Shown here piece after piece: positions 35,854 to 44,636 of a stretch of 64,000 nt of DNA (position 1 is its first letter; every line of letters begins with the position of its first letter). The DNA lies in the sequence record NC_061444.1. One strand, given 5' to 3'. Below the pieces are notes generated by a model. The model made no database searches, had not been told where the DNA came from, and was given only the letters and a program-made list of their open reading frames with translations. Made by a program: the position numbers and the translations under genes.

Positions 35854-36084
35854 ATGATGCACGATATATACAAGGTGAGTGCTGTCCTGTTCTACTTGCT
35901 TGGCGCTATGGCTTTCCTTGCACATATCGTTGGCTTCGTGAAGAACTGGATGAAGATAAAAGAGATGCGGCAGAAAGCACGGGCGAAGATTGCCAAAGTG
36001 AAGACGCCGCATGAATTGATTAAACGCCGCTTGCGTAAAGCAGAAGAACGCGCACGGTATCGCCCACGTAAACTGAGAGACTAA
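35854..36084 (+). CDS. small membrane-anchored basic protein (76 aa)
   Basis: N-terminal TM, basic tail. Confidence 0.75.
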   Translation: MMHDIYKVSAVLFYLLGAMAFLAHIVGFVKNWMKIKEMRQKARAKIAKVKTPHELIKRRLRKAEERARYRPRKLRD

Positions 36085-36088
36085 AATC

Positions 36089-36397
36089 ATGGCTGAGATG
36101 AATCACAACGATGTACTCGAAAACAAAGTACGCCAGGCACTGGAGAAGTGCTGGAACGAAACGGCGAAAAACAATTCAGGTCCCACGACTTATGCGTTTC
36201 TTGCTTCGTCGTTTGCCTCAGACGGACGCAACTTGTTTGAGGGCGAGTTGAAGATGCTGAACGTAATGCTGCGTGACCCTGTGAATATTAACATGTACGG
36301 TCGACACGTTGCGACTGTGTATAGCAGCAACAAAGGTCTGATGGTTGCATTCCAGCCTGTTGCTGACCTCGAAGACATTGTTGAACTGGAGATGTAA
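36089..36397 (+). CDS. hypothetical protein (102 aa)
   Basis: Compact ORF in operon. Confidence 0.8.
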   Translation: MAEMNHNDVLENKVRQALEKCWNETAKNNSGPTTYAFLASSFASDGRNLFEGELKMLNVMLRDPVNINMYGRHVATVYSSNKGLMVAFQPVADLEDIVELEM

Positions 36398-36398
36398 C

Positions 36399-36974
36399 AT
36401 GGATCAGATTGATTTGTTTGATACTGCCGGTGCGCATGAGATCTCAGAGTACACGCAACTCGAATATGACCGTTTACCCGCCGCGCACATTACGCAGTGT
36501 GACAGGCGAGTATTCGCCGCGTTCGGTGACCCGGTACTTACCCAAGAGTATCTTGAGAAATACCCAAGTCTGGTACCGGGCAAATTGAAGTTTCGTAAGA
36601 AGCTGGTGATGATTCAAGAGTTTGTGTTGGTCACGCACGACAAGCTCAAGGAAAGTCTGCTCAAGAAACAAGGCAATGTTCGCCAGATGGGCAACATCGA
36701 CCCGCAGTACCTGATCAATGTGTACAATCACACTGAGAAGGTTGCGTTGTTCATGCGTGACTTCGAAGACTTCATGTCGGGCTTCATGAATGCTGTTCAT
36801 CTGTTTACGGTTGCGACTGTATATGATGGTCGCTTGTTGGTGTTTGCAGAGAATGGTGATCCGCTTGTCACCGCAGAAGAAACGTTGGCGATGCTCAACG
36901 AGATTGAGAGCTTCATCAATAAAAGCAAAGTGTATCGCGTACACTCACAAAACGCCATCTACCGCACAATCTAA
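36399..36974 (+). CDS. hypothetical protein (191 aa)
   Basis: GGAG SD before ATG 36399. Confidence 0.85.
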   Translation: MDQIDLFDTAGAHEISEYTQLEYDRLPAAHITQCDRRVFAAFGDPVLTQEYLEKYPSLVPGKLKFRKKLVMIQEFVLVTHDKLKESLLKKQGNVRQMGNIDPQYLINVYNHTEKVALFMRDFEDFMSGFMNAVHLFTVATVYDGRLLVFAENGDPLVTAEETLAMLNEIESFINKSKVYRVHSQNAIYRTI

Positions 36975-37022
36975 TCTACCCAATAGTAGCAGCGCTCACG
37001 GGTGCTGCACAGGAGAAACATT

Positions 37023-38618
37023 ATGTCATTCGATATGCGCCAGAACGTACTCATGGTTCGCTCTCTGATTCACGGCCAACCATTCTACAACTTCTACAAT
37101 GCCGAAGGCCTGGACTTCACCCTGCCTGGTTATCAACTCAAAGAGATCTATGACCGCCATTTCGAAGGTCGTATGTCTGGCGTCACTACTTACTGGGGGT
37201 TCTCGAACAAGTCAAACTGTGAGACTTTCGAGTTTGCGGATAACGGTGATTTGATGTGGTCAGTTTCTCTGAATGCCACCTGTCACACGCTGTTGCCTCT
37301 TGAGATGGTTATCGGTCACGATGGATTTAACGTCATTAACGGTTTCGAAATCAGCGATCATAAACGAACTGTGATTAAGATTCACCAGAAAGCTGTCGGT
37401 CGTACTGTGGAAAAACTTACGTGGTTCCGCGATATGTCAGAGAATCATATGCGTGAATTGCTGTGTGCTCTTGGTCACGGGCCTATGCGTATCGAACGTG
37501 CAGACCGTGAAGAACTGATCAAGATTCACCGAGATTGGCAGCGCAAGCACGATGAAGAATATAAGTACACGCACAACGCTTGCGGTGTTGACCCTGACGA
37601 TAAACTCCCTGCTGACCTGTATGACGATCACGGTAAGTGGTTACGCCAGCGTCACATGGCCAAAGGCAAAACGATTGAGATGATGGCGAGTGAGCTTGCT
37701 AACATCGTCCGCATCTTTGAGCTTGATGATACGGACGACTTTGACCACATGAATCCTGATTGGGATGAAGGTCTGCGTCGTGTCGCACAAGCATTCATCT
37801 ACGGGCCAAACGCCAAAGAGCGCTTCGATGCTGTGAAGTACAATGGTCAGTTTGTTGTTAACGGTATCTACGCCTTAGCAAAAGACCTGAACTGGTTGCA
37901 TATCAATGACGAAACGCGAGACTACCAAGAGTCTCTGATTCGCCGTCTGATGCAAGAACTGAAAAACGAAGTCGAGCGCCCAGGCAGTGTGTTTGTTGTC
38001 GAAGAAGGTAAAGTCTTGTTGAAAGCTGAGTCTGCTGCTGCAACAGATACAGATGTGGTTGACGAGGTAGAAGAAGACGAAGACGAAGATACGTCTATGT
38101 CAGAAGAAGCCGCAGAAGTGCGTACCTTCCTCGGTGGCCTGAGCGACACCAAGTTACGTCACTACGCGAAGCTGTTTAAGTTAGCGAGCACGACGAAGTT
38201 ACTGCGAATGGATCACGCAGCGTTGGTTGACCTGTGTGCTGACTATTGCGGGTCTAACTGGCCGGAAGATTTGGAAGAAGACGAAGTTGAGGCAGAACGC
38301 GAGCCGCGCAAATTCCCTGCTGTATGCGATGACGCGAATATAGCTTACGAGGCCATTCGCAAAGTCCTGTCTTATGCCAAAATCCCTATGTCTCAGTATA
38401 GCGGCAAGTTACGTTCCGGTGTCGTTTCCACACGAGCGGCCGCCCGTAAGAAAGTAATGAGCAGCCTGAAAGATTTTGCCCGCAGCGATGCTCTGAACAC
38501 TTTGCCTCAGGTGCATTTGGAGACTCTTGCTTGTGCTCTGACTAAAATGAAAGACGGTGATCGCTACCCTCGTGGTGCCGAGTACCTGAAAGAACTAATT
38601 AAACACGCACTGCGTTAA
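37023..38618 (+). CDS. hypothetical protein with acidic linker and HeH-like domain (531 aa)
   Basis: AGGAG SD; LGGLSDTKLRHYAKLFKLASTTKLLRMDHAALVDLCADY. Confidence 0.9.
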   Translation: MSFDMRQNVLMVRSLIHGQPFYNFYNAEGLDFTLPGYQLKEIYDRHFEGRMSGVTTYWGFSNKSNCETFEFADNGDLMWSVSLNATCHTLLPLEMVIGHDGFNVINGFEISDHKRTVIKIHQKAVGRTVEKLTWFRDMSENHMRELLCALGHGPMRIERADREELIKIHRDWQRKHDEEYKYTHNACGVDPDDKLPADLYDDHGKWLRQRHMAKGKTIEMMASELANIVRIFELDDTDDFDHMNPDWDEGLRRVAQAFIYGPNAKERFDAVKYNGQFVVNGIYALAKDLNWLHINDETRDYQESLIRRLMQELKNEVERPGSVFVVEEGKVLLKAESAAATDTDVVDEVEEDEDEDTSMSEEAAEVRTFLGGLSDTKLRHYAKLFKLASTTKLLRMDHAALVDLCADYCGSNWPEDLEEDEVEAEREPRKFPAVCDDANIAYEAIRKVLSYAKIPMSQYSGKLRSGVVSTRAAARKKVMSSLKDFARSDALNTLPQVHLETLACALTKMKDGDRYPRGAEYLKELIKHALR

Positions 38619-38653
38619 TCGTCTAATCACACCTAACATTGTAGGGAACAAAA

Positions 38654-39076
38654 ATGAAACTCGAACAAAACATTCTGGTACTGAATCGCATCGCTCTGAT
38701 TATGGATGACGCGCTGGTTCAAAAATGGGGCGAGGCAGCAAACGCTGACCGCGAAGCTGCGCAATATGCAACTGTGGTTATTCTGGCAAAACTCCAGCAG
38801 CGTATTCTGACCGCTCTGCATAGTGAGAACCCGGAAGCGTGTGCTCGTCCTGAACTTCTTTGGACAGACTATGGCGCTATCTCGATTAGCGGTTTGTTTG
38901 TTATCTCGTCGTCTGCTGATCGTGAAGTGTTGAACCACTACGAAGACCACGACTATCTCAATCATCTGCACACAATTAAACGTGTCGCCGAAGAGAACGG
39001 ATTCAAGTTGACTGTCTTCCCTGTGAAAGCAGACTTCCCGTTCACTGGCACTGAGATCCCCGCTGATATGCTATGA
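38654..39076 (+). CDS. hypothetical protein (140 aa)
   Basis: AGGGA SD. Confidence 0.85.
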   Translation: MKLEQNILVLNRIALIMDDALVQKWGEAANADREAAQYATVVILAKLQQRILTALHSENPEACARPELLWTDYGAISISGLFVISSSADREVLNHYEDHDYLNHLHTIKRVAEENGFKLTVFPVKADFPFTGTEIPADML

Positions 39077-39114
39077 TGTGACCGAAGCGCATATAGCTCA
39101 AGTAAGCAAAAATC

Positions 39115-39159
39115 TGGACAAAATGAGGCTATCAATCTGATGCCTCCCTGTGATATACT
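39115..39159 (+). promoter_or_regulatory. phage promoter cassette copy 8
   Basis: TGGACAAAAT at 39115; TGA-TATACT at 39154 (39 nt offset). Confidence 0.85.
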
Positions 39160-39161
39160 AG

Positions 39162-39188
39162 AAGCGTAGCTTGTGCTGCGCTTTTTTA
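39162..39188 (+). terminator. terminator-like hairpin overlapping the predicted start site of cassette 8
   Basis: AAGCGTAGC-TTGT-GCTGCGCTT-TTTT. Confidence 0.6.
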
Positions 39189-39212
39189 ACTTATGTCTGA
39201 GGAGACAACAAA

Positions 39213-39674
39213 ATGCTGAACGAAACGAAAGCAACTGTATCTGATATCGAATTGCAGGACCGCATGATGGACGCCGCTGTCCAGAAAGTTATCGAACTGA
39301 AACCTGAATGGATCGACGTTTGTGCTGCGGGTCTTAGGTTGTATCTGACCGTGTGTAACCAACTCGGTGGCCTGATTCCTGAGATGCGTTTCGTTCACAA
39401 CAGCAAGCCATGCAAGATCTCATTCAACCTGAATGAATCGGCTGACGGTGGCGAGTTCACTGCGAACGATATCGACAAAGACAAGCAGATGGAAATCTGC
39501 GATGCTATTCTTACTGTGGCCGAAGCGAACGAAGAAGGTCATTCGCTGATGGACTTAGCAATTTGTTCAGGCCGCCTGTTCATGATTGGTTATGACGGAC
39601 TTGCTGGTACGGTTGATAAAGTTTGCTTCCGTTATAGCAAGAAAAACTACACTATGAACCTTAAAGGTGAATAA
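39213..39674 (+). CDS. hypothetical protein (153 aa)
   Basis: TGAGGAG SD. Confidence 0.85.
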   Translation: MLNETKATVSDIELQDRMMDAAVQKVIELKPEWIDVCAAGLRLYLTVCNQLGGLIPEMRFVHNSKPCKISFNLNESADGGEFTANDIDKDKQMEICDAILTVAEANEEGHSLMDLAICSGRLFMIGYDGLAGTVDKVCFRYSKKNYTMNLKGE

Positions 39675-39675
39675 C

Positions 39676-40347
39676 ATGAAACCTGACTACACTCTACTGA
39701 AACGAAGCAAAGTCAATCCTGATTATTTTGCTTTTGTGTACGACGGTGACTTGCTTGCTGAGTTCACGCCGAGCAAGTTATATGGTGCATTTGAAAAAGC
39801 GCACAAATCACCTGAAGTGAAAGAAGTCGATGTGCTGTGGCGTGATGGTACTCGCACCGTTGAGCACCTGGTGGTGCATCGCGTTCGCAAGTTCGTGTCT
39901 CTGGACACAATCATGAACTACTATTCAGTGTGCCTGATGTTACGCGCTCAAGGCTCTGCTGTTAGTCTGTCTGTGCCTGTGGACGTTCGCACTATGTTCG
40001 ATGCAGAAGGCCCAATGATTAGTGAGATTCGCATTGACTGTGATATCGTTGCTGATCTAGTGCGCGAGCTTAAAGCAGTCGTGGTCGAGTGTGATGACTC
40101 TAACATGGAAGACGACGAGTGGGACGACGAAGACGAGGATGAAGACTTCGACGACGAGTTTCACGATATGGAAACCATCGACCCTGCTACTGACCGTATG
40201 ATGATTAGCAGTTGGGGATATCGCGCAGAAGACTGGGCAGTGACGCTGACAGACGAAGAAGTTAGCGAGGTACATAGCCTTGAAGTGGGCGTCGATTCTG
40301 ACATTGAACTGCCACTCGCACCTGATGCGAAGGACAAATACTTCTAA
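39676..40347 (+). CDS. hypothetical acidic protein (223 aa)
   Basis: AAGGTG SD before ATG 39676. Confidence 0.85.
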   Translation: MKPDYTLLKRSKVNPDYFAFVYDGDLLAEFTPSKLYGAFEKAHKSPEVKEVDVLWRDGTRTVEHLVVHRVRKFVSLDTIMNYYSVCLMLRAQGSAVSLSVPVDVRTMFDAEGPMISEIRIDCDIVADLVRELKAVVVECDDSNMEDDEWDDEDEDEDFDDEFHDMETIDPATDRMMISSWGYRAEDWAVTLTDEEVSEVHSLEVGVDSDIELPLAPDAKDKYF

Positions 40348-40538
40348 TGAAAACCACAAACGAAATGATCAAAGAGTTGAGACAGCGCGGCGAGCTTGTT
40401 ATTGAAGAACGCCAGAAAGATGTAGTGCCTGACTTAACGTTCACGCTTGATTGTCTGTGTCTCACATACAAGAAGCGGGAAGTGGAAACGACCAAGCGAG
40501 GCCGCGTTATCACAATCAAGTTGACGAGTATTCACTAA
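40347..40538 (+). CDS. hypothetical protein (63 aa)
   Basis: TAATG overlap. Confidence 0.7.
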   Translation: MKTTNEMIKELRQRGELVIEERQKDVVPDLTFTLDCLCLTYKKREVETTKRGRVITIKLTSIH

Positions 40539-40674
40539 CAATCCAGTTTGGCTCGCCCGTCCAAAATGCTCACCCCCAATGAGGCGCCCTCGCAGAGGCG
40601 TGACGGTGCGGGTCCTTTTTAGAGCGTATCTTTAGTGCGTTGCAGAAAGAACCCAAAACAAACAGGAGGCTGTT

Positions 40675-41136
40675 ATGAAGTTTAACGAAGTAAGTAAAGA
40701 TGCTCAGGTCATTCTCATGGGTGGCGCACTCGCGGGTGTAGTTGAAGTCTTTGGCCGTGATGACGAAGACGAGGGCAAGCATTTGATTGAAACTGCGTTG
40801 CGTCAAGTCGGTCTGACGTTCGACGAGTTCCGTACTCTGATGACCGAAATGTCGCCAGAAGTTGAAGCTGAGGTCGCGTCTATCCAGACAATTGCTGCTG
40901 ACCCTGACGATGACTTCGAAGAAGACCCAGAAGACTTCGGTACATGTCCTGAATGTGATCAGCGTGTAGAAGATTGCGACTGTGAACATGACGACGAAAA
41001 CCTCGACTCTATGGAAGAACGTCCCGGCAATCTGAACGATGACGATCAGACTGACGAAAATGGGTGGCAGAATCTCGATGAAGATGGCGTCTGTCGTAAC
41101 TGTCACCAGCAAGTGTGCGAGTGCAGAGGTTACTGA
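40675..41136 (+). CDS. acidic protein with two CxxC-x4/5-CxC motifs (153 aa)
   Basis: AGGAGG SD; CPECDQRVEDCDC and CRNCHQQVCEC. Confidence 0.85.
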   Translation: MKFNEVSKDAQVILMGGALAGVVEVFGRDDEDEGKHLIETALRQVGLTFDEFRTLMTEMSPEVEAEVASIQTIAADPDDDFEEDPEDFGTCPECDQRVEDCDCEHDDENLDSMEERPGNLNDDDQTDENGWQNLDEDGVCRNCHQQVCECRGY

Positions 41137-41348
41137 TGGGAAGATCGACGCAAGACGAAATCAACGGTCAGATAGCTGCCTCCGAAGAGCAACGTTATAA
41201 TGAGCAAATCGCTCAATACGACGACTGGACAGACGACGAGCTGGCTGACGCTGTAGAAGCTAATGAGCTTGTGCGTGATGACGAAGACGCAAGCGACTAC
41301 AGCCGCGAAGCGCTGATTCGAATGCTTATAGCAGATCGACGCTTCTAA
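41136..41348 (+). CDS. small acidic HeH-like protein (70 aa)
   Basis: TGATG overlap; YDDWTDDELADAVEANEL...REALIRMLI. Confidence 0.75.
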   Translation: MGRSTQDEINGQIAASEEQRYNEQIAQYDDWTDDELADAVEANELVRDDEDASDYSREALIRMLIADRRF

Positions 41349-41357
41349 GCAAAAATC

Positions 41358-41402
41358 TGGACAAAATGAGGGTTGTATCAGAATAGCACCCTAAGCTATA
41401 CT
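41358..41402 (+). promoter_or_regulatory. phage promoter cassette copy 9
   Basis: TGGACAAAAT at 41358; AGC-TATACT at 41397 (39 nt offset). Confidence 0.8.
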
Positions 41403-41408
41403 ATATAG

Positions 41409-41600
41409 ACAGTGAGACACGTTCTCTCTGCTATATGCCTTTGTTAATGCTTGACCGTGTGTTTTTCGTTTTCCCGGACACACGGTCCTTTTTAAAGTCG
41501 CTTCCTGTGAGGCTGCTTTAAAAAGGGTTCGATACCCTTTGAGCGCACCGGGCTTTACGCGGTTTCCGCCTTGTGTGCTCTCATGCTAAACCGCAAAGGA
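41409..41600 (+). ncRNA. candidate structured leader or small RNA with four hairpins including a T-loop-like TTCGATA
   Basis: Stems 41453-41487, 41489-41524, 41522-41540 and 41541-41580 downstream of promoter copy 9. Confidence 0.4.
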
Positions 41601-41607
41601 AATAGAT

Positions 41608-42336
41608 ATGCCAAACTTACGTGCTAAACCAGAAGACAAATTCTCTAAAGCTCGTTCTGCGAAGAACTCACCTGAACGTCAGGCTGCTGCTGAGAAGAAA
41701 CGCACAACCCCACGCGGTCCGTCTTCTGCTAAACCTCGTCAGTTGCCGCCGGGCTATGGCTATAAGTCAAAAGCTACAGGCGAACGTGCGCCAGAGCGTG
41801 ACGAAAGAGAATCCCAGAAACCTAATCTGAGTAAGAAAGAATGGGTTGCTCGTCGTGACGCAACGCCGAAGCTGCGTGATGAAGAACGTGTGTATTTTCT
41901 TGTACACGCAATCTTATCAGCGTGGAAGTTGAGTGCATCTACCGATGCTGATGCAAATGCTACAGGCATCATCAAAGTGTCTCGTCGTAAAGTTGAAGGC
42001 GCCTTGCGTGATCTCAAGAATACGCGCTTCACTAAGATACCGACGCTCATTAACGACGTCCTCGTGTATAACGAAGTCTGCAATGAGTTTGGGCAGTGGG
42101 TGTATGTCGAGCATGACAGTCCGGATTGGATTTTCGTGCGCCTTCCGAAAAACAGCACGCCTGTGATTCGCGCAGATATCGCAGTTGACAGAACAGGCGA
42201 AACGCCTACCACTGTAACAACCTCAAGTGAGGTGCTGTTGGATAACGGCGGTGACGACGAAGACGAGATTCCTGAAAACGTCGAATATGACGACGAAGAC
42301 GAATCTCATGTACAGGAAGAAGAGGACGAAGAATAA
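41608..42336 (+). CDS. hypothetical protein, basic N-terminus and acidic C-terminus (242 aa)
   Basis: AAGGA SD. Confidence 0.85.
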   Translation: MPNLRAKPEDKFSKARSAKNSPERQAAAEKKRTTPRGPSSAKPRQLPPGYGYKSKATGERAPERDERESQKPNLSKKEWVARRDATPKLRDEERVYFLVHAILSAWKLSASTDADANATGIIKVSRRKVEGALRDLKNTRFTKIPTLINDVLVYNEVCNEFGQWVYVEHDSPDWIFVRLPKNSTPVIRADIAVDRTGETPTTVTTSSEVLLDNGGDDEDEIPENVEYDDEDESHVQEEEDEE

Positions 42337-42785
42337 TGACCTCTTCAATTCGCCCCGCAGCCGAAACTGCTGCAATGATCATCGAAAACGTTTCTCTTTA
42401 TTCGCAGGAGAAGTCGCACGAGCACACGCTACCGCGCTTCAAAATGTCAGACACCGCGATACGCCGCATATCTGGGCATTCGCGTCTGCTGCCTGAGAGT
42501 TATATCGAACAACTCACCGTCGAGCTACAGCAACTTGATTGGTTGATGGCACGATATGACGCTGGCATGTTTATCTTCATGTCGTATGAAGTGGCAAAGA
42601 ACTGGACGACACTGAGCGCGAAACGTGTTGTACCTAACGACGAGCCTGCGTCTGAGTATGATACGTGGACGTTGCCTGAGCTACAGGGGTTCGCTCAACG
42701 TAACGACTTCTTACAGCCTGACGAAGAGGGCTTCAACGATAGAGCGTCACTTGTGCGAGCTATCATGAGAGGCGAGACTCACTAA
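42336..42785 (+). CDS. hypothetical protein with C-terminal HeH-like domain (149 aa)
   Basis: TAATG overlap; YDTWTLPELQGFAQRNDF...RASLVRAIM. Confidence 0.8.
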   Translation: MTSSIRPAAETAAMIIENVSLYSQEKSHEHTLPRFKMSDTAIRRISGHSRLLPESYIEQLTVELQQLDWLMARYDAGMFIFMSYEVAKNWTTLSAKRVVPNDEPASEYDTWTLPELQGFAQRNDFLQPDEEGFNDRASLVRAIMRGETH

Positions 42786-42846
42786 GCAATAACGAGCAGG
42801 GGGCTGAAATATAGCTGCCCTGCTATCTGCGAAGTATGCAGAAATC

Positions 42847-42891
42847 TGGACAAAATCGTGGTTGCTATCTGAAAGCGACCTATGCTATAAT
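42847..42891 (+). promoter_or_regulatory. phage promoter cassette copy 10
   Basis: TGGACAAAAT at 42847; TGC-TATAAT at 42886 (39 nt offset). Confidence 0.9.
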
Positions 42892-42948
42892 AGATACAGA
42901 CGCAATAGTGCGTCACAAACAAAACACATATACTGAGGAGTATTAATC

Positions 42949-44550
42949 ATGGCACGTATCGAAACTAACTCTAACCTGGTTGGCAAAACTATCATCCTGC
43001 TGAACGGCACCAAATCTAAAATCGAAGATGCTATCGCGTCCGGCTACAAGGTGAAAGGTCAGAGCAAACGTATCGCAACCCGCTGTGTTATCAAAGAGGG
43101 ATCTCACTTCCGTGAAATCGAGCGCATGAACATGAGCCAGCTTGAAGATACCGGCGAAGGTTACGTCAAGCTGAAAGAAGCGAAAGCGTCCGTCAAGAAA
43201 ACTACCGGCAAGAAAGACGCAGTGAAAGAGAAAGCGCCTAAGACTTCTGGTAAGAAGACTGGCGGCAAAGTCTCGAAAGAGAAAGAACCGAAAGTTCGTC
43301 GTAAATCTTCCGAAGAGCAGTCCGAAGATTATCAGAATCTGGCACACGCTATCATCAAAGGCGGCAAAGCTAAACCCGCAGTTGAAATCGAAACTGTAGA
43401 TGAAGCGCTGACCGATACTGTGGCAAAACGTCTGGTGGCGCTGCTTGAAAACAGCGAAATTGCGAAAGTGTGTGCAGACAACAAAACGCCGATCGCTAAC
43501 GCTGTGTCTGTTGCTTACGGTGCTGAGTACGCCGAAGAGAACAACACAATGCAGATCACGTTGAGCCTGCAATACGCGAAGCCTGTGAAAGACACTGCTG
43601 TTGCTCCTGAGCTGGATGAAGCTGTTGCGAAACGTGCCGCCAAGCTCGCGTCTAAGAAGATTGGCAAAGTGCTGGCGAAAGCAATCAAAGCTGCGTTCGA
43701 CCTCGAAGATGCGAACGACCTGCTGCCGGGCACTGTACTGACTTCTGACGGTGCTGAGTTCGTGTTCGTGGGTGAGTCTGCGAAACACGCTGGCAAAGCG
43801 CTGATGTATAGCGCAGACACTGATAGCTTCAAATCATTCGGCGCCGACAAGCTGTCCGACTTCGAAATCGTCGCTGATGAAAGCGAAGAAGAAGAGGAAG
43901 AAGTCGAAGAAGAGGAAGAAGAAGTCGAGGAGGAAGAGGAAGAAGAAGAAGCCGAAGAAGAAGAAGACGGCGAAGAAGAAGACGGCGAAGAAGAAGAAGG
44001 CGATACGCAAGAATACGAGTTCGTTGCTGTCGAAGCGGAACAACTCGAACTGGTCAACAAGAAAGTGACCGCTAAGTATCACGCTGCACTCGCCGAACGT
44101 TTCGGTGTAGACGAAGAAGCGCTTGCCCCTGGCCTGATGCTGACTGACGGCGATACGACTTTTGCTTACCTGGGCTGCGATAGCAAAGGCGGGCTGCTGG
44201 TAATCGACGTTGACGCAGAAGACGAAGACGACAACGTTCTGGTCTACAGCAAAGCTGATATCAAAACGCTGACCGACTTTAGCCCTGTGATCGATAGCGG
44301 CGAAAGCGAAGAAGACGCCGAAGAAGAAGACGGCGAAGAAGAAGAAGATAACAACGTTGACTTCGAAGACGAAGAGGGTGAAGAAGAAGAAGACGAAGAA
44401 GAAGACTTCGAATTTGACGACGCACCAACCGAAGACCTCGAAGACCTGACCGAAGACGAACTGCGTGATCGCGCTGTTGAAGCTGGTCTGACTACGCCGC
44501 GCAAAGCAGACAAAATGACTGCTGCCCAGCTGCGTAAACTCCTGAAGTAA
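42949..44550 (+). CDS. multidomain protein: SH3-like N-domain, Lys-rich linker, two repeated modules separated by poly-Glu, C-terminal HeH-like domain (533 aa)
   Basis: TGAGGAG SD; repeats L.PG..LT.....F..(V/L)G; LEDLTEDELRDRAVEAGL. Confidence 0.9.
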   Translation: MARIETNSNLVGKTIILLNGTKSKIEDAIASGYKVKGQSKRIATRCVIKEGSHFREIERMNMSQLEDTGEGYVKLKEAKASVKKTTGKKDAVKEKAPKTSGKKTGGKVSKEKEPKVRRKSSEEQSEDYQNLAHAIIKGGKAKPAVEIETVDEALTDTVAKRLVALLENSEIAKVCADNKTPIANAVSVAYGAEYAEENNTMQITLSLQYAKPVKDTAVAPELDEAVAKRAAKLASKKIGKVLAKAIKAAFDLEDANDLLPGTVLTSDGAEFVFVGESAKHAGKALMYSADTDSFKSFGADKLSDFEIVADESEEEEEEVEEEEEEVEEEEEEEEAEEEEDGEEEDGEEEEGDTQEYEFVAVEAEQLELVNKKVTAKYHAALAERFGVDEEALAPGLMLTDGDTTFAYLGCDSKGGLLVIDVDAEDEDDNVLVYSKADIKTLTDFSPVIDSGESEEDAEEEDGEEEEDNNVDFEDEEGEEEEDEEEDFEFDDAPTEDLEDLTEDELRDRAVEAGLTTPRKADKMTAAQLRKLLK

Positions 44551-44636
44551 TCTGTCGTAACACTGTAACACTGAAACAAGATGCGGTTCATACGGAGCCG
44601 CATCTCTGACAACTAAGCTGATTGAGGAATCACACT

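Noticed and set aside
41447-41550. Possible tRNA gene suggested by GGTTCGATACC
   Set aside because: Arm lengths do not fit a cloverleaf, the acceptor pairing is poor, there is no CCA and no 7-nt anticodon loop; kept only as a candidate structured RNA
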